A DNA stretch of 64,000 nucleotides, taken from Bacteroidota bacterium. GTDB lineage: Bacteria; Bacteroidota; Bacteroidia; Bacteroidales; B39-G9. The stretch is taken from NCBI GenBank assembly GCA_015222055.1, contig JADFUR010000045.1:6860-70859 (forward strand). Direction: 5' to 3'. The notes under the pieces are model-generated. The model worked only from the letters and a program-made list of their open reading frames with translations. It was not told the origin of the DNA and did no database searches. Positions within the stretch are counted from its first letter, which is position 1. Every line of letters begins with the position of its first letter. Position numbers and translations under genes: made by a program. Below, one piece after another: positions 1 to 8,241 of this stretch.

Positions 1-1477
1 CTTCAATATTATTGTCTGAATAAAAACGATTAATAATTACCGGTGTTTCAATTCCCTGATTTTTCAGCTCATAAAAAAATGCTCTTTGCTCTGCTAACCC
101 ATTAAGATTATTTGTTGTTAAAACAAAAACTAATGAATTGTCATTTTTTGCAAGCTCAATAATTTCCTTATCAAGATTTGGATAATCAATCTTTACAAAA
201 TTCAGTTTCTCCGATTTCTCATTGGCTTTAATATACTCTTCAATTGTAAATAATGGATAAGTATTTGAACTTTTCTTCCAGATTTTAGAATCACAAATAA
301 CTGCTAAATTATCGGGTAAAGAAATCTGAATATCATTATTTCCGGTATAAATATATTCTGCTGAAAAATTTGTTGTATGCCAAATATTTTTTTTGCTGTC
401 GAAAGCAAAGCCTAATTTCTCAATACTTTCGGTCGATATTTTTATCTTGTGGCTCAAGTCTGCAATCACAACCGGAACATTTTCGCCTCCAATATTATTT
501 ATTTCTGTTGTTTCTCTTTTGTTATATTCAAAAGGATTTACATCTGATTTTGAAACAGATTTAATTGTTTTATGATTTTCTCTATTATTAAAATAATTAA
601 GAAGCTTTTTAGCAACAACAATTTCGTTTTCCGACGGTTCTGTTAACGATACTCTAATTGTATCGCCAATACCATCGGCAAGGAGAGCTCCTGTGCCAAC
701 AGCAGATTTTATTCGTCCGTCTTCGCCTTCGCCGGCTTCGGTAACGCCAAGATGCAATGGGAAATCCATATTCTCTTTCAACATCTGATTAATCAGCAAA
801 CGACAAGCCTGAACCATAACCCTTGTGTTGCTTGATTTTAATGAAATTACAACATCAGAGAAATCCTCATCAACACAAATGCGTAAAAATTCCATTGTTG
901 CCTCAACCATTCCATTTGGCGTGTCGCCATAACGGCTCATAATTCTATCTGACAACGAACCGTGGTTTGTACCAATACGGATTGCAGTGTTGTGCTTTTT
1001 GCAGAGATTTAAAAACGGAACAAAACGCTCGCGAATCTTTTCTAATTCTTGCTTATATTCCTCATCAGTATATTCTAACTGAACAAATGTTGCTCGCTTA
1101 TCAATATAATTCCCCGGATTGATTCTAACTTTCTCTAAAGCCATTGCAGCAATATCAGCTGCTTTTGGGTTGAAATGCACATCAGCAATTAAAGGTGTGT
1201 TATAACCTTTAGCTAGCAAATCATTTTTTATGTTAATTAAATTCTCTGCATCTTTTGTCCCACATGCTGTAAAACGAACATATTCAGATCCTGCATTTAT
1301 TATATCAATCGACTGATTTACTGTCGCCTCCGTATTAAGAGTTTCGGTATTTGTCATTGATTGAATACGAATAGGATAATCGCCACCAAGTGGAACATTG
1401 CCAATATTTACTACATGTGTTTTTAGTCTTGAAAATTGAGTTAAGCTGTTACAGTATTTATATAGTTGAAAGTTCAT
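1..1477 (-). CDS. ispG: 4-hydroxy-3-methylbut-2-en-1-yl diphosphate synthase (IspG/GcpE), long Bacteroidetes-type form; partial, 3' end runs off the left edge
   Basis: Absent from the ORF track because there is no stop in the window. My translation from the ATG (complement of 1475-1477) reads MNFQLYKYCNS..IRIQSMTNT..IADVHFNPK..RINPGNY..IRIGTNHGSL..HLGVTEAGEGEDGRIKSAVGTGALLADGIGDTIRVSL, which are typical GcpE motifs. Plus-strand ORFs 370-575 are antisense noise. Confidence 0.9.
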   Translation of the reverse strand, partial: MNFQLYKYCNSLTQFSRLKTHVVNIGNVPLGGDYPIRIQSMTNTETLNTEATVNQSIDIINAGSEYVRFTACGTKDAENLINIKNDLLAKGYNTPLIADVHFNPKAADIAAMALEKVRINPGNYIDKRATFVQLEYTDEEYKQELEKIRERFVPFLNLCKKHNTAIRIGTNHGSLSDRIMSRYGDTPNGMVEATMEFLRICVDEDFSDVVISLKSSNTRVMVQACRLLINQMLKENMDFPLHLGVTEAGEGEDGRIKSAVGTGALLADGIGDTIRVSLTEPSENEIVVAKKLLNYFNNRENHKTIKSVSKSDVNPFEYNKRETTEINNIGGENVPVVIADLSHKIKISTESIEKLGFAFDSKKNIWHTTNFSAEYIYTGNNDIQISLPDNLAVICDSKIWKKSSNTYPLFTIEEYIKANEKSEKLNFVKIDYPNLDKEIIELAKNDNSLVFVLTTNNLNGLAEQRAFFYELKNQGIETPVIINRFYSDNNIE

Positions 1478-1544
1478 AAAATTAAAAAATTGAAAAGTTG
1501 TATCACTTGTTTATCATTAAAATTATTATCAAAAAAATTTAAAC

Positions 1545-1582
1545 AGATTGCTTCTTTGCCTTCGGCAAATCGCAATGACGAG
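1545..1582 (-). terminator. Nested hairpin just downstream of ribE; member of the ATTGC..GCAAT intergenic hairpin repeat family
   Basis: ATTGC(1547-1551)/GCAAT(1572-1576) outer stem and TTTGCC(1555-1560)/GGCAAA(1564-1569) inner stem. Lies 9 nt after the ribE stop on the minus strand. Confidence 0.5.
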
Positions 1583-1590
1583 GATTAAAT

Positions 1591-2187
1591 TTATTTCCCA
1601 AGTTGTTGTTTAATAATTTTCGCAATATATTTTCCAAGAATATCAAACTCAAGATTAACAACAGTTCCCTCTTTAAAATCATGAAAATTTGTATGTTCAT
1701 AAGTAAAAGGAATAATTGCTACCTGAAACGATTTTTCTTTTGAATTTACAACAGTCAGGCTAACTCCATTAACAGAAACAGAACCTTTTTCAACCGTTAT
1801 ATTGCCTATATTTGGGTCATATTCAAAAGTGTAATACCAGCTACCCTGAGCCTCTTCAACCTTTTTGCAAATAGCTGTTTGGTCAACATGTCCCTGAACA
1901 ATATGTCCGTCGAGCCTTCCGTCTGATTTCATGCTACGTTCAACATTCACCTCATCGCCAACTTTTAATAAACCCAAATTTGATTTTATCAAAGTCTCTT
2001 TCATTGCAGTAACAGTGTATGCTTTATCGTCTCTCTTCACTACAGTTAAACAAACTCCGTTGTGCGATATACTTTGGTCAATTTTCAACTCGTTAATAAA
2101 CGAACACGAAAGCGTAAAATGAAGATTTTCCTGTTCTTTTTCTATTGCTACTAGCTTGGCTGTTTCTTCTACTATTCCTGAAAACAT
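1591..2187 (-). CDS. ribE: Riboflavin synthase alpha subunit
   Basis: 198 aa starting MFSGIVEE.., with two lumazine-binding repeats (SHNGVCLTV / SVNGVSLTV). Confidence 0.9.
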   Translation of the reverse strand: MFSGIVEETAKLVAIEKEQENLHFTLSCSFINELKIDQSISHNGVCLTVVKRDDKAYTVTAMKETLIKSNLGLLKVGDEVNVERSMKSDGRLDGHIVQGHVDQTAICKKVEEAQGSWYYTFEYDPNIGNITVEKGSVSVNGVSLTVVNSKEKSFQVAIIPFTYEHTNFHDFKEGTVVNLEFDILGKYIAKIIKQQLGK

Positions 2188-2395
2188 ATGGCTTTTTTTT
2201 ATTAAAATTTATTAGTGCGAAGTTATAATTTTTAACTGTTTGAAAAAAATATTGTTATAAAGATTTTCTTAATTTTGAAAATCAGACAGGCAAAACAATT
2301 TAATTTTCAAAATCTCAAAGATTTGGAAAATTTATTTCATCCTGAAAAGCAAAAAAAAATTAATTTAAGAACCTATACTTTTCTAAAACCACACT

Positions 2396-2520
2396 TAATT
2401 CCGCAGGGGAATAAAATATACGTTCTAAATTAGCAGACTGCTCCCTGCGTTTAACTTGTTTGTTATCAATACCCACGCTTGAAATCGTGGGCTATTCATA
2501 TTTTTTCCTTTCAAGGAATT
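2396..2520. repeat. About 125-bp multi-hairpin intergenic repeat, copy E1 (paralogue at 45001-45125)
   Basis: Aligns end to end with 45001-45125. The 3' part GGGCTATTCATATTTTTTCCTTTCA(A)GGAA is nearly identical. Internal stems are CGCAGGG/CCCTGCG, CCCACG/CGTGGG and TTCC/GGAA. Confidence 0.7.
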
Positions 2521-2717
2521 GTTAATTGGCTCATCGCTAACCGATTAACAAAAAAATTAAGTTTTTAATAAAGATGCTTCAAATATAAAGTTTCCAAATT
2601 GAAGAAATTTTAAAAATCAGTTAAGATTAAAAATTCGGTAATACAGTAAAATAAAACTTTGATTATTTATGCATTTTTCACATATTGCAGTTAATTATTA
2701 AAAATAATCAAAAATTA

Positions 2718-3872
2718 ATGCAAAAAATAAGCCAATCATTATTTTTTTTATCCCTGTTGCTAATAATATCTTTACATTTTGCATCAGCTCAAAGCTATAA
2801 CTCTATATTTTTATCGGAAACACAAATAAATGCGGCAGATAGCAATAACGTTTTCTTTAATTTTAACAATACAAACTTTATTAAAAACAATGAGTATTTT
2901 AATAAAATTATTGAAGGATATACATATATCGGATTGTTTGCACAACCAAAGCTCACTTATTTCCCAAGTAAAAACATAAAAATTGAAGGAGGTGTTCATC
3001 TGCTAAAATATTCAGGACTTGATAAATTTACTCAAACAAAACCAATATTCACTTTTCAATATCAACATAAAGATTTTAGTTTAATACTTGGAACAATTTA
3101 CGGTACACTAAACCACAATTTACCCGAACCGGTTTTTTCGTTTGAACATTATTATACAAACAATGTCGAAAACGGAATGCAAATTTTATTAAACAAAACT
3201 TATCTTAAATCAGACACTTGGATTAATTGGGAACAATTTATTCTCCCCAACGACACATTGCCCGAGAGATTAACTTTTGGTTCGTCAAACTTATTTTATT
3301 TATCAGACACATCAAACAGCTTAATACTAACAATCCCCTTACAGTTTTTGATTAATCACCGTGGCGGACAATCATCAAACATAAATTCGAATATTCAAAC
3401 TCTTGCAAACACAGATATTGGACTAAATGTTAAATATAAAATTCAGTCGAAAGCAATAAAATCGATTGAATTTAACAATTATTATTTTTCATTTTTCAAC
3501 AATTCTAATATTATTGAAACATATTTTGACAAGGGCTCTGCTACTTATTCTCAATTAATAATTAATGCCAATAAATTTATTTATTCTGTAGGATACTGGA
3601 ACGCACACAATTTTATGTCTGTTTTTGGAGACCCTATGTTTCAATTAGTTTCACAAAAAAACATATTAGACACAAAGCCTGACAAACAACTCTTAACATC
3701 AAATTTATTTTATAGTGCACCATTGTGTAAGGGTGTTAATTTTGGTTTTAGAACAGAATTATATTATGACTTAGCTGCCGAAAAATTCGACTATTCTATG
3801 GGATTGAATATAGTAGTAAATCAAAAATTTTTCTTGAAAAAAATTAAAACTTATCAAGCTGCAAAATATTAA
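2718..3872 (+). CDS. Hypothetical secreted protein, possibly an outer-membrane beta-barrel
   Basis: ORF 2685-3872. The ATG at 2718 gives signal peptide MQKISQSLFFLSLLLIISLHFASAQ. Composition is rich in alternating aromatic/polar residues. No family recognised. Confidence 0.5.
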   Translation: MQKISQSLFFLSLLLIISLHFASAQSYNSIFLSETQINAADSNNVFFNFNNTNFIKNNEYFNKIIEGYTYIGLFAQPKLTYFPSKNIKIEGGVHLLKYSGLDKFTQTKPIFTFQYQHKDFSLILGTIYGTLNHNLPEPVFSFEHYYTNNVENGMQILLNKTYLKSDTWINWEQFILPNDTLPERLTFGSSNLFYLSDTSNSLILTIPLQFLINHRGGQSSNINSNIQTLANTDIGLNVKYKIQSKAIKSIEFNNYYFSFFNNSNIIETYFDKGSATYSQLIINANKFIYSVGYWNAHNFMSVFGDPMFQLVSQKNILDTKPDKQLLTSNLFYSAPLCKGVNFGFRTELYYDLAAEKFDYSMGLNIVVNQKFFLKKIKTYQAAKY

Positions 3873-3896
3873 TCTGCAAAAAGCTTTGTTAAAACA

Positions 3897-3956
3897 TTTT
3901 AAAAAAAAAACCACAATCCCAACTTACACTTTTTTTGTTTTTTTTTGCTAACTTTG
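3897..3956 (+). repeat. Promoter-bearing repeat, copy R1
   Basis: AAAAAACCACAATCCCAACTTACAC-T7-G-T9-GCTAACTTTGG is identical over more than 50 bp to 7127-7179. Related copies lie at 8069-8146, 12428-12531 and 15493-15598. Confidence 0.8.
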
Positions 3957-4019
3957 GGTTTCGCTATTTAGATATAGTGGAAATATAAGGCACTAGTGTG
4001 TTATATTTAATCGTTAGGC
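3946..4019 (+). repeat. Short attC-like or junction element: TGCTAAC..(hairpin)..GTTAGGC
   Basis: TGCTAAC at 3946-3952 and canonical core-site-like GTTAGGC at 4013-4019. Imperfect internal hairpin at 3985-4006. Confidence 0.4.
3949..3956 (+). promoter_or_regulatory. Bacteroidetes-type -7 box TAACTTTG (TAnnTTTG) inside R1, reading into the ABC operon
   Basis: Exact match to the TAnnTTTG -7 consensus. The same box sits at the 3' end of all five R copies, always oriented toward the next plus-strand gene. Confidence 0.55.
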
Positions 4020-4057
4020 AAAATTGCAAAGAAACCTTATGCTATAGAAAAACAAAT

Positions 4058-4807
4058 ATGATTGAGATAATAGATTTAAATAAAATATTTGGGAAAAATA
4101 AAGTTCTTGATAATATCAATCTAAAGATAGAACAAGGAGCCGTATATTCTCTGCTTGGAAAAAATGGTGTTGGTAAAACAACATTGATTAATATTTTGGT
4201 TGATTTGATAAAACCTGATAGCGGTAAAATCCTAATAAATGGAAAAGAGCACAATGCTCTTAGTAAATTGGATAAAATGAATATTGGAGTTGTTGGAGAA
4301 GACCTAGCCTTGATTGAAGAACTTAATGGATATGAGTTTTTAAGTTTTGTTGGAAGAATTTACCAATTGCCAAAAAACACTTTAAATAAAAGGATTGATG
4401 ATCTTTTTAACTATTTTTTTGAAGATGAAAGAGATTTGAAAAAAAATATTTCAAAGTACTCTACAGGTATGAAGAAGAAGATCGCTTTTTGTGCTGCTGT
4501 TCTTCATACTCCCGATATTTTAATACTTGACGAGCCTTTTTCGGGACTTGACCCATTCGTTGCAAATCAAATGATATCATTTTTAAAAGTTTACAAAAAA
4601 AAGGATAGAACTATTTTTATATCCTCGCACGATTTAAGTTATGTTGAAAAAATAGCCTCCCATATCTGTGTTTTAAATGATACCCAAATACAATTTAATT
4701 CAACTCTACAAAATTTCACGAATAATGGGGAGAATTCTCTAGATAAGTCTTTACTAAAGATTTTAAAACCTAACGAATCAGAATTAACTAAAATTGATTG
4801 GGTATGA
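4058..4807 (+). CDS. ABC transporter ATP-binding protein
   Basis: Walker A GKNGVGKTT, signature YSTGMKKK, Walker B ILILDEPFSGLD. Start moved to MIEIIDLNKIFG. Stop overlaps the next gene. Confidence 0.9.
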   Translation: MIEIIDLNKIFGKNKVLDNINLKIEQGAVYSLLGKNGVGKTTLINILVDLIKPDSGKILINGKEHNALSKLDKMNIGVVGEDLALIEELNGYEFLSFVGRIYQLPKNTLNKRIDDLFNYFFEDERDLKKNISKYSTGMKKKIAFCAAVLHTPDILILDEPFSGLDPFVANQMISFLKVYKKKDRTIFISSHDLSYVEKIASHICVLNDTQIQFNSTLQNFTNNGENSLDKSLLKILKPNESELTKIDWV

Positions 4808-6135
4808 TAATATTTCTAATTTTAAATAAATTCAAATCTTATTTGAAAACCCTTAAAAATCCTTGGAAAATAGTTTTAACAATTTTTTTAACCTCGACCG
4901 CCTGGATGTATGGTCGTTTATTCGGTGAATTATCGAATAAATTAGGAAGAGGAGAAATTGACTTTATAACAACAGAGGAATTTACAAGTTTAACCTTAAT
5001 TGCGATTTTGACAATTACTTTTGTTAGAGTGATATTCCCAAATTATAAACCATTAAAAATAATATTCCCTAAGTATTATCCATTATCAAAGATGCAAGTG
5101 TATTTAACATCAATTGTTAATGATCTTATTACACCTTATTTTTTCTATTTATCTATTTTTATTTTCACAGGTGGCTTTTATATATTCGATAAGGGTATCG
5201 CTTTTATCTTTGGTGGTTTCATTGTTTTACTAGGGGGACATCTGCTCAGACGAAGTATTCAATATTTAATAGAGTTTAAATTGAAAGCATTTGCTCAAAT
5301 TAGTTTTATGCTTGTTGCAATCATAGTATCGACAACAGCATTTTATTTCTCAGATTCTTCACCTTTCAATAGATCGTATTTCCTTTTATTTGCGTCATTA
5401 TTATTATTCCTGCTTGGATATATTCAAAATATAGCTGTAATTGAAAGTAGGAATAATGAGATGTCTGGATATTCAAATAAGAGTAGTATAGGTCTAAAGT
5501 TACTTTTAAACAATAAAAAAGTAAGACTACCTTTGATTATTGGATTACTTTTTAAAACATTCATTTTAATAGGAGACTTAATTCTTTTTAATACCAAAGG
5601 AGATCATTTATTTGATGGTCAAATCGTATTTTGGTTATTAGCATCTCCTTTAATAATCTACACATATGTTTTTAATAATATATGGGGCTTCTGGAAAAAT
5701 ATTTGGTTAAACATGGAGCTTCGTGTTGGCGATTATAAACCTATGATTAAACAAGGTTTTCGTTTAATGATTCTGCCGCTAGTTGTAGATGCGGTCATTA
5801 CAATACCAATTTTGATGTTATCATGGAATGCCTTTGAGTTTATTTCATTGTTTTATACTACAACAGCATTTTATTTAATAATGTTATCATTTATTTGGTC
5901 ATTAATTACTCCTAGAAATATTAGTTCCACCTTTCAGATGAAAGGGAGTACTTCACCTATTAGCCTTGTAGTCGCTATGGGTGGTGTATTATTAATGACG
6001 ACAATTAAGTTGAATACTTGGTTTTACATATTAATTCCAGCATATATTGTAATAGGAGGTGTTGCATACTGGCTAAGTATTGAAATTTATAAAGATAAAA
6101 AATATGTAATTTCCAATAAAGTAATGAAGGAATAA
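4798..6135 (+). CDS. Polytopic membrane protein, putative permease partner of the ABC ATPase
   Basis: 445 aa with about 10 or more hydrophobic segments. A 10-nt overlap with the upstream ATPase suggests translational coupling. Confidence 0.7.
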   Translation: MGMIIFLILNKFKSYLKTLKNPWKIVLTIFLTSTAWMYGRLFGELSNKLGRGEIDFITTEEFTSLTLIAILTITFVRVIFPNYKPLKIIFPKYYPLSKMQVYLTSIVNDLITPYFFYLSIFIFTGGFYIFDKGIAFIFGGFIVLLGGHLLRRSIQYLIEFKLKAFAQISFMLVAIIVSTTAFYFSDSSPFNRSYFLLFASLLLFLLGYIQNIAVIESRNNEMSGYSNKSSIGLKLLLNNKKVRLPLIIGLLFKTFILIGDLILFNTKGDHLFDGQIVFWLLASPLIIYTYVFNNIWGFWKNIWLNMELRVGDYKPMIKQGFRLMILPLVVDAVITIPILMLSWNAFEFISLFYTTTAFYLIMLSFIWSLITPRNISSTFQMKGSTSPISLVVAMGGVLLMTTIKLNTWFYILIPAYIVIGGVAYWLSIEIYKDKKYVISNKVMKE

Positions 6136-6141
6136 GCAACA

Positions 6142-6332
6142 TTTGCCTAACAAAAGCTAAATTTCATGCGCGCTGATAAGCAGTTCGAAAGTTTAGTACA
6201 ATTAAGAAACACCAGCAAGCCATATAAACTGGTTTGCTTAGAAATATAAACAAATTTATACGGCTTGCTTCCGTGAGTTTTGAAAGGTTTATTCTTTTAA
6301 ATCGCCCACTCAACTTAGCAAGACCGTTAGCA
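6142..6332 (+). repeat. attC-like imperfect inverted repeat (site B)
   Basis: TTTGCCTAAC(6142-6151)-AAAA-GCTAAATTT(6156-6164) ... AACTTAGC(6312-6319)-AAGACC-GTTAGCA(6326-6332). Inner stem AGCAAGCC(6214-6221)/GGCTTGCT(6262-6269). The left box is the exact reverse complement of 4013-4022. Confidence 0.6.
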
Positions 6333-6369
6333 ACAAGCAAAAAAGCACACACACACATTTGAGAAATAT

Positions 6370-6912
6370 ATGAAAAAAAATATCAAAGCTTTTATTAAAG
6401 AGATCGTTCCTATAATAGTTGGAATTTTAATTGCCATGTACATCACCAATTGGAATGAGAATAGAAAAGAAAAAAAGTACATTAATCAAATGTATTTATC
6501 AATTAATAAGGAACTAATCGAAACCAATGAAGATATCATTGACAAAATATCTATACAACAATCATTTATTGATACTCTTGATTTTTATTTAGAGGACAAT
6601 AAAATATCGTTACTTGATATAACAATTAAAGCTAACGGAATTTATATGCCTACAATAAAAATAAATTCTTGGAAAGCTATTTCAAATTCAAGAATTGAAT
6701 TAGTGGAATACGACAAAGTATCTGCTTTTGCAAATATTGAAGAGCAAAAAGAGATTTTGAAAATGAAAATTGAGAAATTGGGTAATTTCTTTTACTCAAA
6801 TACTAAAGAAACAGGAAAAGAAAAAAAAGAATTTATGAAGATAATTATGTTAGATATTATTGGGACAGAAATACCCTTACAAAAAGGGATTGAGAGAATT
6901 ATAAATGATTAA
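6370..6912 (+). CDS. Single-pass membrane protein of a multi-copy Bacteroidetes family (N-terminal ..GILIA..NWNE.RK anchor; possibly DUF6090-like)
   Basis: 180 aa with N-terminal TM IVPIIVGILIAMYITNWNENRKEKKYI. The family assignment is from memory of the motif only. Confidence 0.6.
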   Translation: MKKNIKAFIKEIVPIIVGILIAMYITNWNENRKEKKYINQMYLSINKELIETNEDIIDKISIQQSFIDTLDFYLEDNKISLLDITIKANGIYMPTIKINSWKAISNSRIELVEYDKVSAFANIEEQKEILKMKIEKLGNFFYSNTKETGKEKKEFMKIIMLDIIGTEIPLQKGIERIIND

Positions 6913-6916
6913 TGCC

Positions 6917-7050
6917 TGTTGCTAACACACGCTAAATTTAATTGCCGTTTTTTGTTCTGAATACAAACTGTTTAGCCTGCAACAACGGCGGTGTGGTTCG
7001 ACAGGAAATCAACCCGAAATCGGCAACAAAACTTAGCACAGTCGTTGAGC
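6917..7050 (+). repeat. attC-like imperfect inverted repeat (site C)
   Basis: TGTTGCTAAC(6917-6926)-ACAC-GCTAAATTTAATTGCCG(6931-6947) ... CGGCAACAAAACTTAGC(7021-7037)-ACAGTC-GTTGAGC(7044-7050). The left box is the exact reverse complement of 6326-6335. Confidence 0.6.
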
Positions 7051-7100
7051 AAAACCAAAGGTAGCGGTTTGTTTTTTATAATGCATTTGGACTAAACTCA

Positions 7101-7178
7101 ATTTTTCAATCTTAAACCCGACTTTTAAAAAACCACAATCCCAACTTACACTTTTTTTGTTTTTTTTTGCTAACTTTG
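7101..7178 (+). repeat. Promoter-bearing repeat, copy R2 (-7 box TAACTTTG at 7171-7178)
   Basis: More than 50 bp identical to R1. The upstream part ATTTTTCAATCTTAAACC is shared with R3. Confidence 0.8.
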
Positions 7179-7232
7179 GATTTATCAATTAAATCTCAAC
7201 AATAAATAAAAATTGAACTAAAATTAAAACTA

Positions 7233-7988
7233 ATGAATATAAATTTAGCAGTACTAATTGATGGCGATAATATACCATCCGCTTTTGTGAAAGAAATGAT
7301 GGAAGAAATAGCTAAATATGGAAATCCAACTATAAAAAGAATTTATGGAGATTGGACAAAACCCAATTTATCTAAATGGAAAAATGTACTTTTAGAAAAT
7401 GCCATTACTCCAATTCAACAATATGGATATACAACAGGCAAGAACGCTACAGATTCTGCAATGATAATTGATGCTATGGATATTTTATATTCAGAAAAAG
7501 TGAATGGGTTTTGCATAGTATCAAGTGACAGTGATTTTACCCGGTTAGCAACTCGCTTAAGAGAGGCTGGCATGCAGGTGATTGGGATTGGAGAAAAAAA
7601 GACACCAAATCCATTTATTGTGGCGTGTGACAAATTCATCTACATTGAAATTCTGAAAAATAAAACAAAAGAAAAAGCTTCTGAGGATGAGAAGGAATTG
7701 GAAAAAGAAACATTTGATAAAATTAGTTCGAAAGATATTAAATTAATTGCAACTACAATTACAGATTTATCTGATGATGAAGGATGGGCTTTTTTAGGAG
7801 ATGTTGGAAGCTTGTTGCAAAAAAAACGACCTAATTTTGATCCTCGAAACTATGGTTTCCAAAAGTTGACTCCTTTGATTAAGTCAATAGAAAAATTTGA
7901 AATTGAGCAAAGAGAAAGCCAAAAAGGCAGGTATAAGTTGATTTATGTTAAAAATAAAGAAAAGCACACAACACGCTCTCATAAATAA
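7233..7988 (+). CDS. NYN-domain (LabA-like) protein with C-terminal OST-HTH/LOTUS domain
   Basis: N-terminus LAVLIDGDN..YGDW..GKNATDSAMIIDAMD..FCIVSSDSDFTRLATRLREAG matches the NYN fold pattern. C-terminus GWAFLGDVGSLLQKKRPNFDPRNYGFQKLTPLI is LOTUS-like. Confidence 0.8.
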   Translation: MNINLAVLIDGDNIPSAFVKEMMEEIAKYGNPTIKRIYGDWTKPNLSKWKNVLLENAITPIQQYGYTTGKNATDSAMIIDAMDILYSEKVNGFCIVSSDSDFTRLATRLREAGMQVIGIGEKKTPNPFIVACDKFIYIEILKNKTKEKASEDEKELEKETFDKISSKDIKLIATTITDLSDDEGWAFLGDVGSLLQKKRPNFDPRNYGFQKLTPLIKSIEKFEIEQRESQKGRYKLIYVKNKEKHTTRSHK

Positions 7989-8068
7989 TTAAGATAAATG
8001 CAATGAAATTAAATATTGCAGACCGCAATAGACAAATATTCGTAAAGTAGTATATTGAGAGAATCTTA

Positions 8069-8146
8069 ATTTTTCAATCTTAAACCAACTTTTTAAAAAA
8101 ATCATAATCCCAATTTATCCCTTTTTGTATTTTTTTGTTAACTTTG
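8069..8146 (+). repeat. Promoter-bearing repeat, copy R3 (-7 box TAACTTTG at 8139-8146)
   Basis: ATTTTTCAATCTTAAACCAACTTTTTAAAAAAATCATAATCCCAATTTATCC..TTGTTAACTTTG aligns with R2 and R5. Confidence 0.75.
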
Positions 8147-8241
8147 ATTCTCGACTATAAAAGACATAGAAGATATAAAACTCATTGGAAGTGATTATTA
8201 AATTGTTACCAACAAATTTAATAAATAAATACTCCACAACT

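Noticed and set aside
2188-2395. FMN (RFN) riboswitch upstream of ribE
   Set aside because: I could not find the conserved RFN core (for example the GGGCAGGGTGAAATTCCC-type segments) on the minus strand upstream of the ribE start. The region holds only A/T-rich sequence and the E1 repeat.
8137-8211. Treating every promoter-repeat leader as a bona fide short attC (TGTTAAC..GTTACCA in R3; TGCTAAC..GGTAACC in R5)
   Set aside because: Box complementarity is poor for R3 and R5. R2 has no right-hand box at all. The sequence between the boxes does not fold into an R/L-box hairpin. The ..TAAC box coincides with the TAACTTTG promoter element, which explains its conservation. Only the R1 and R4 versions are kept, as low-confidence possibilities.
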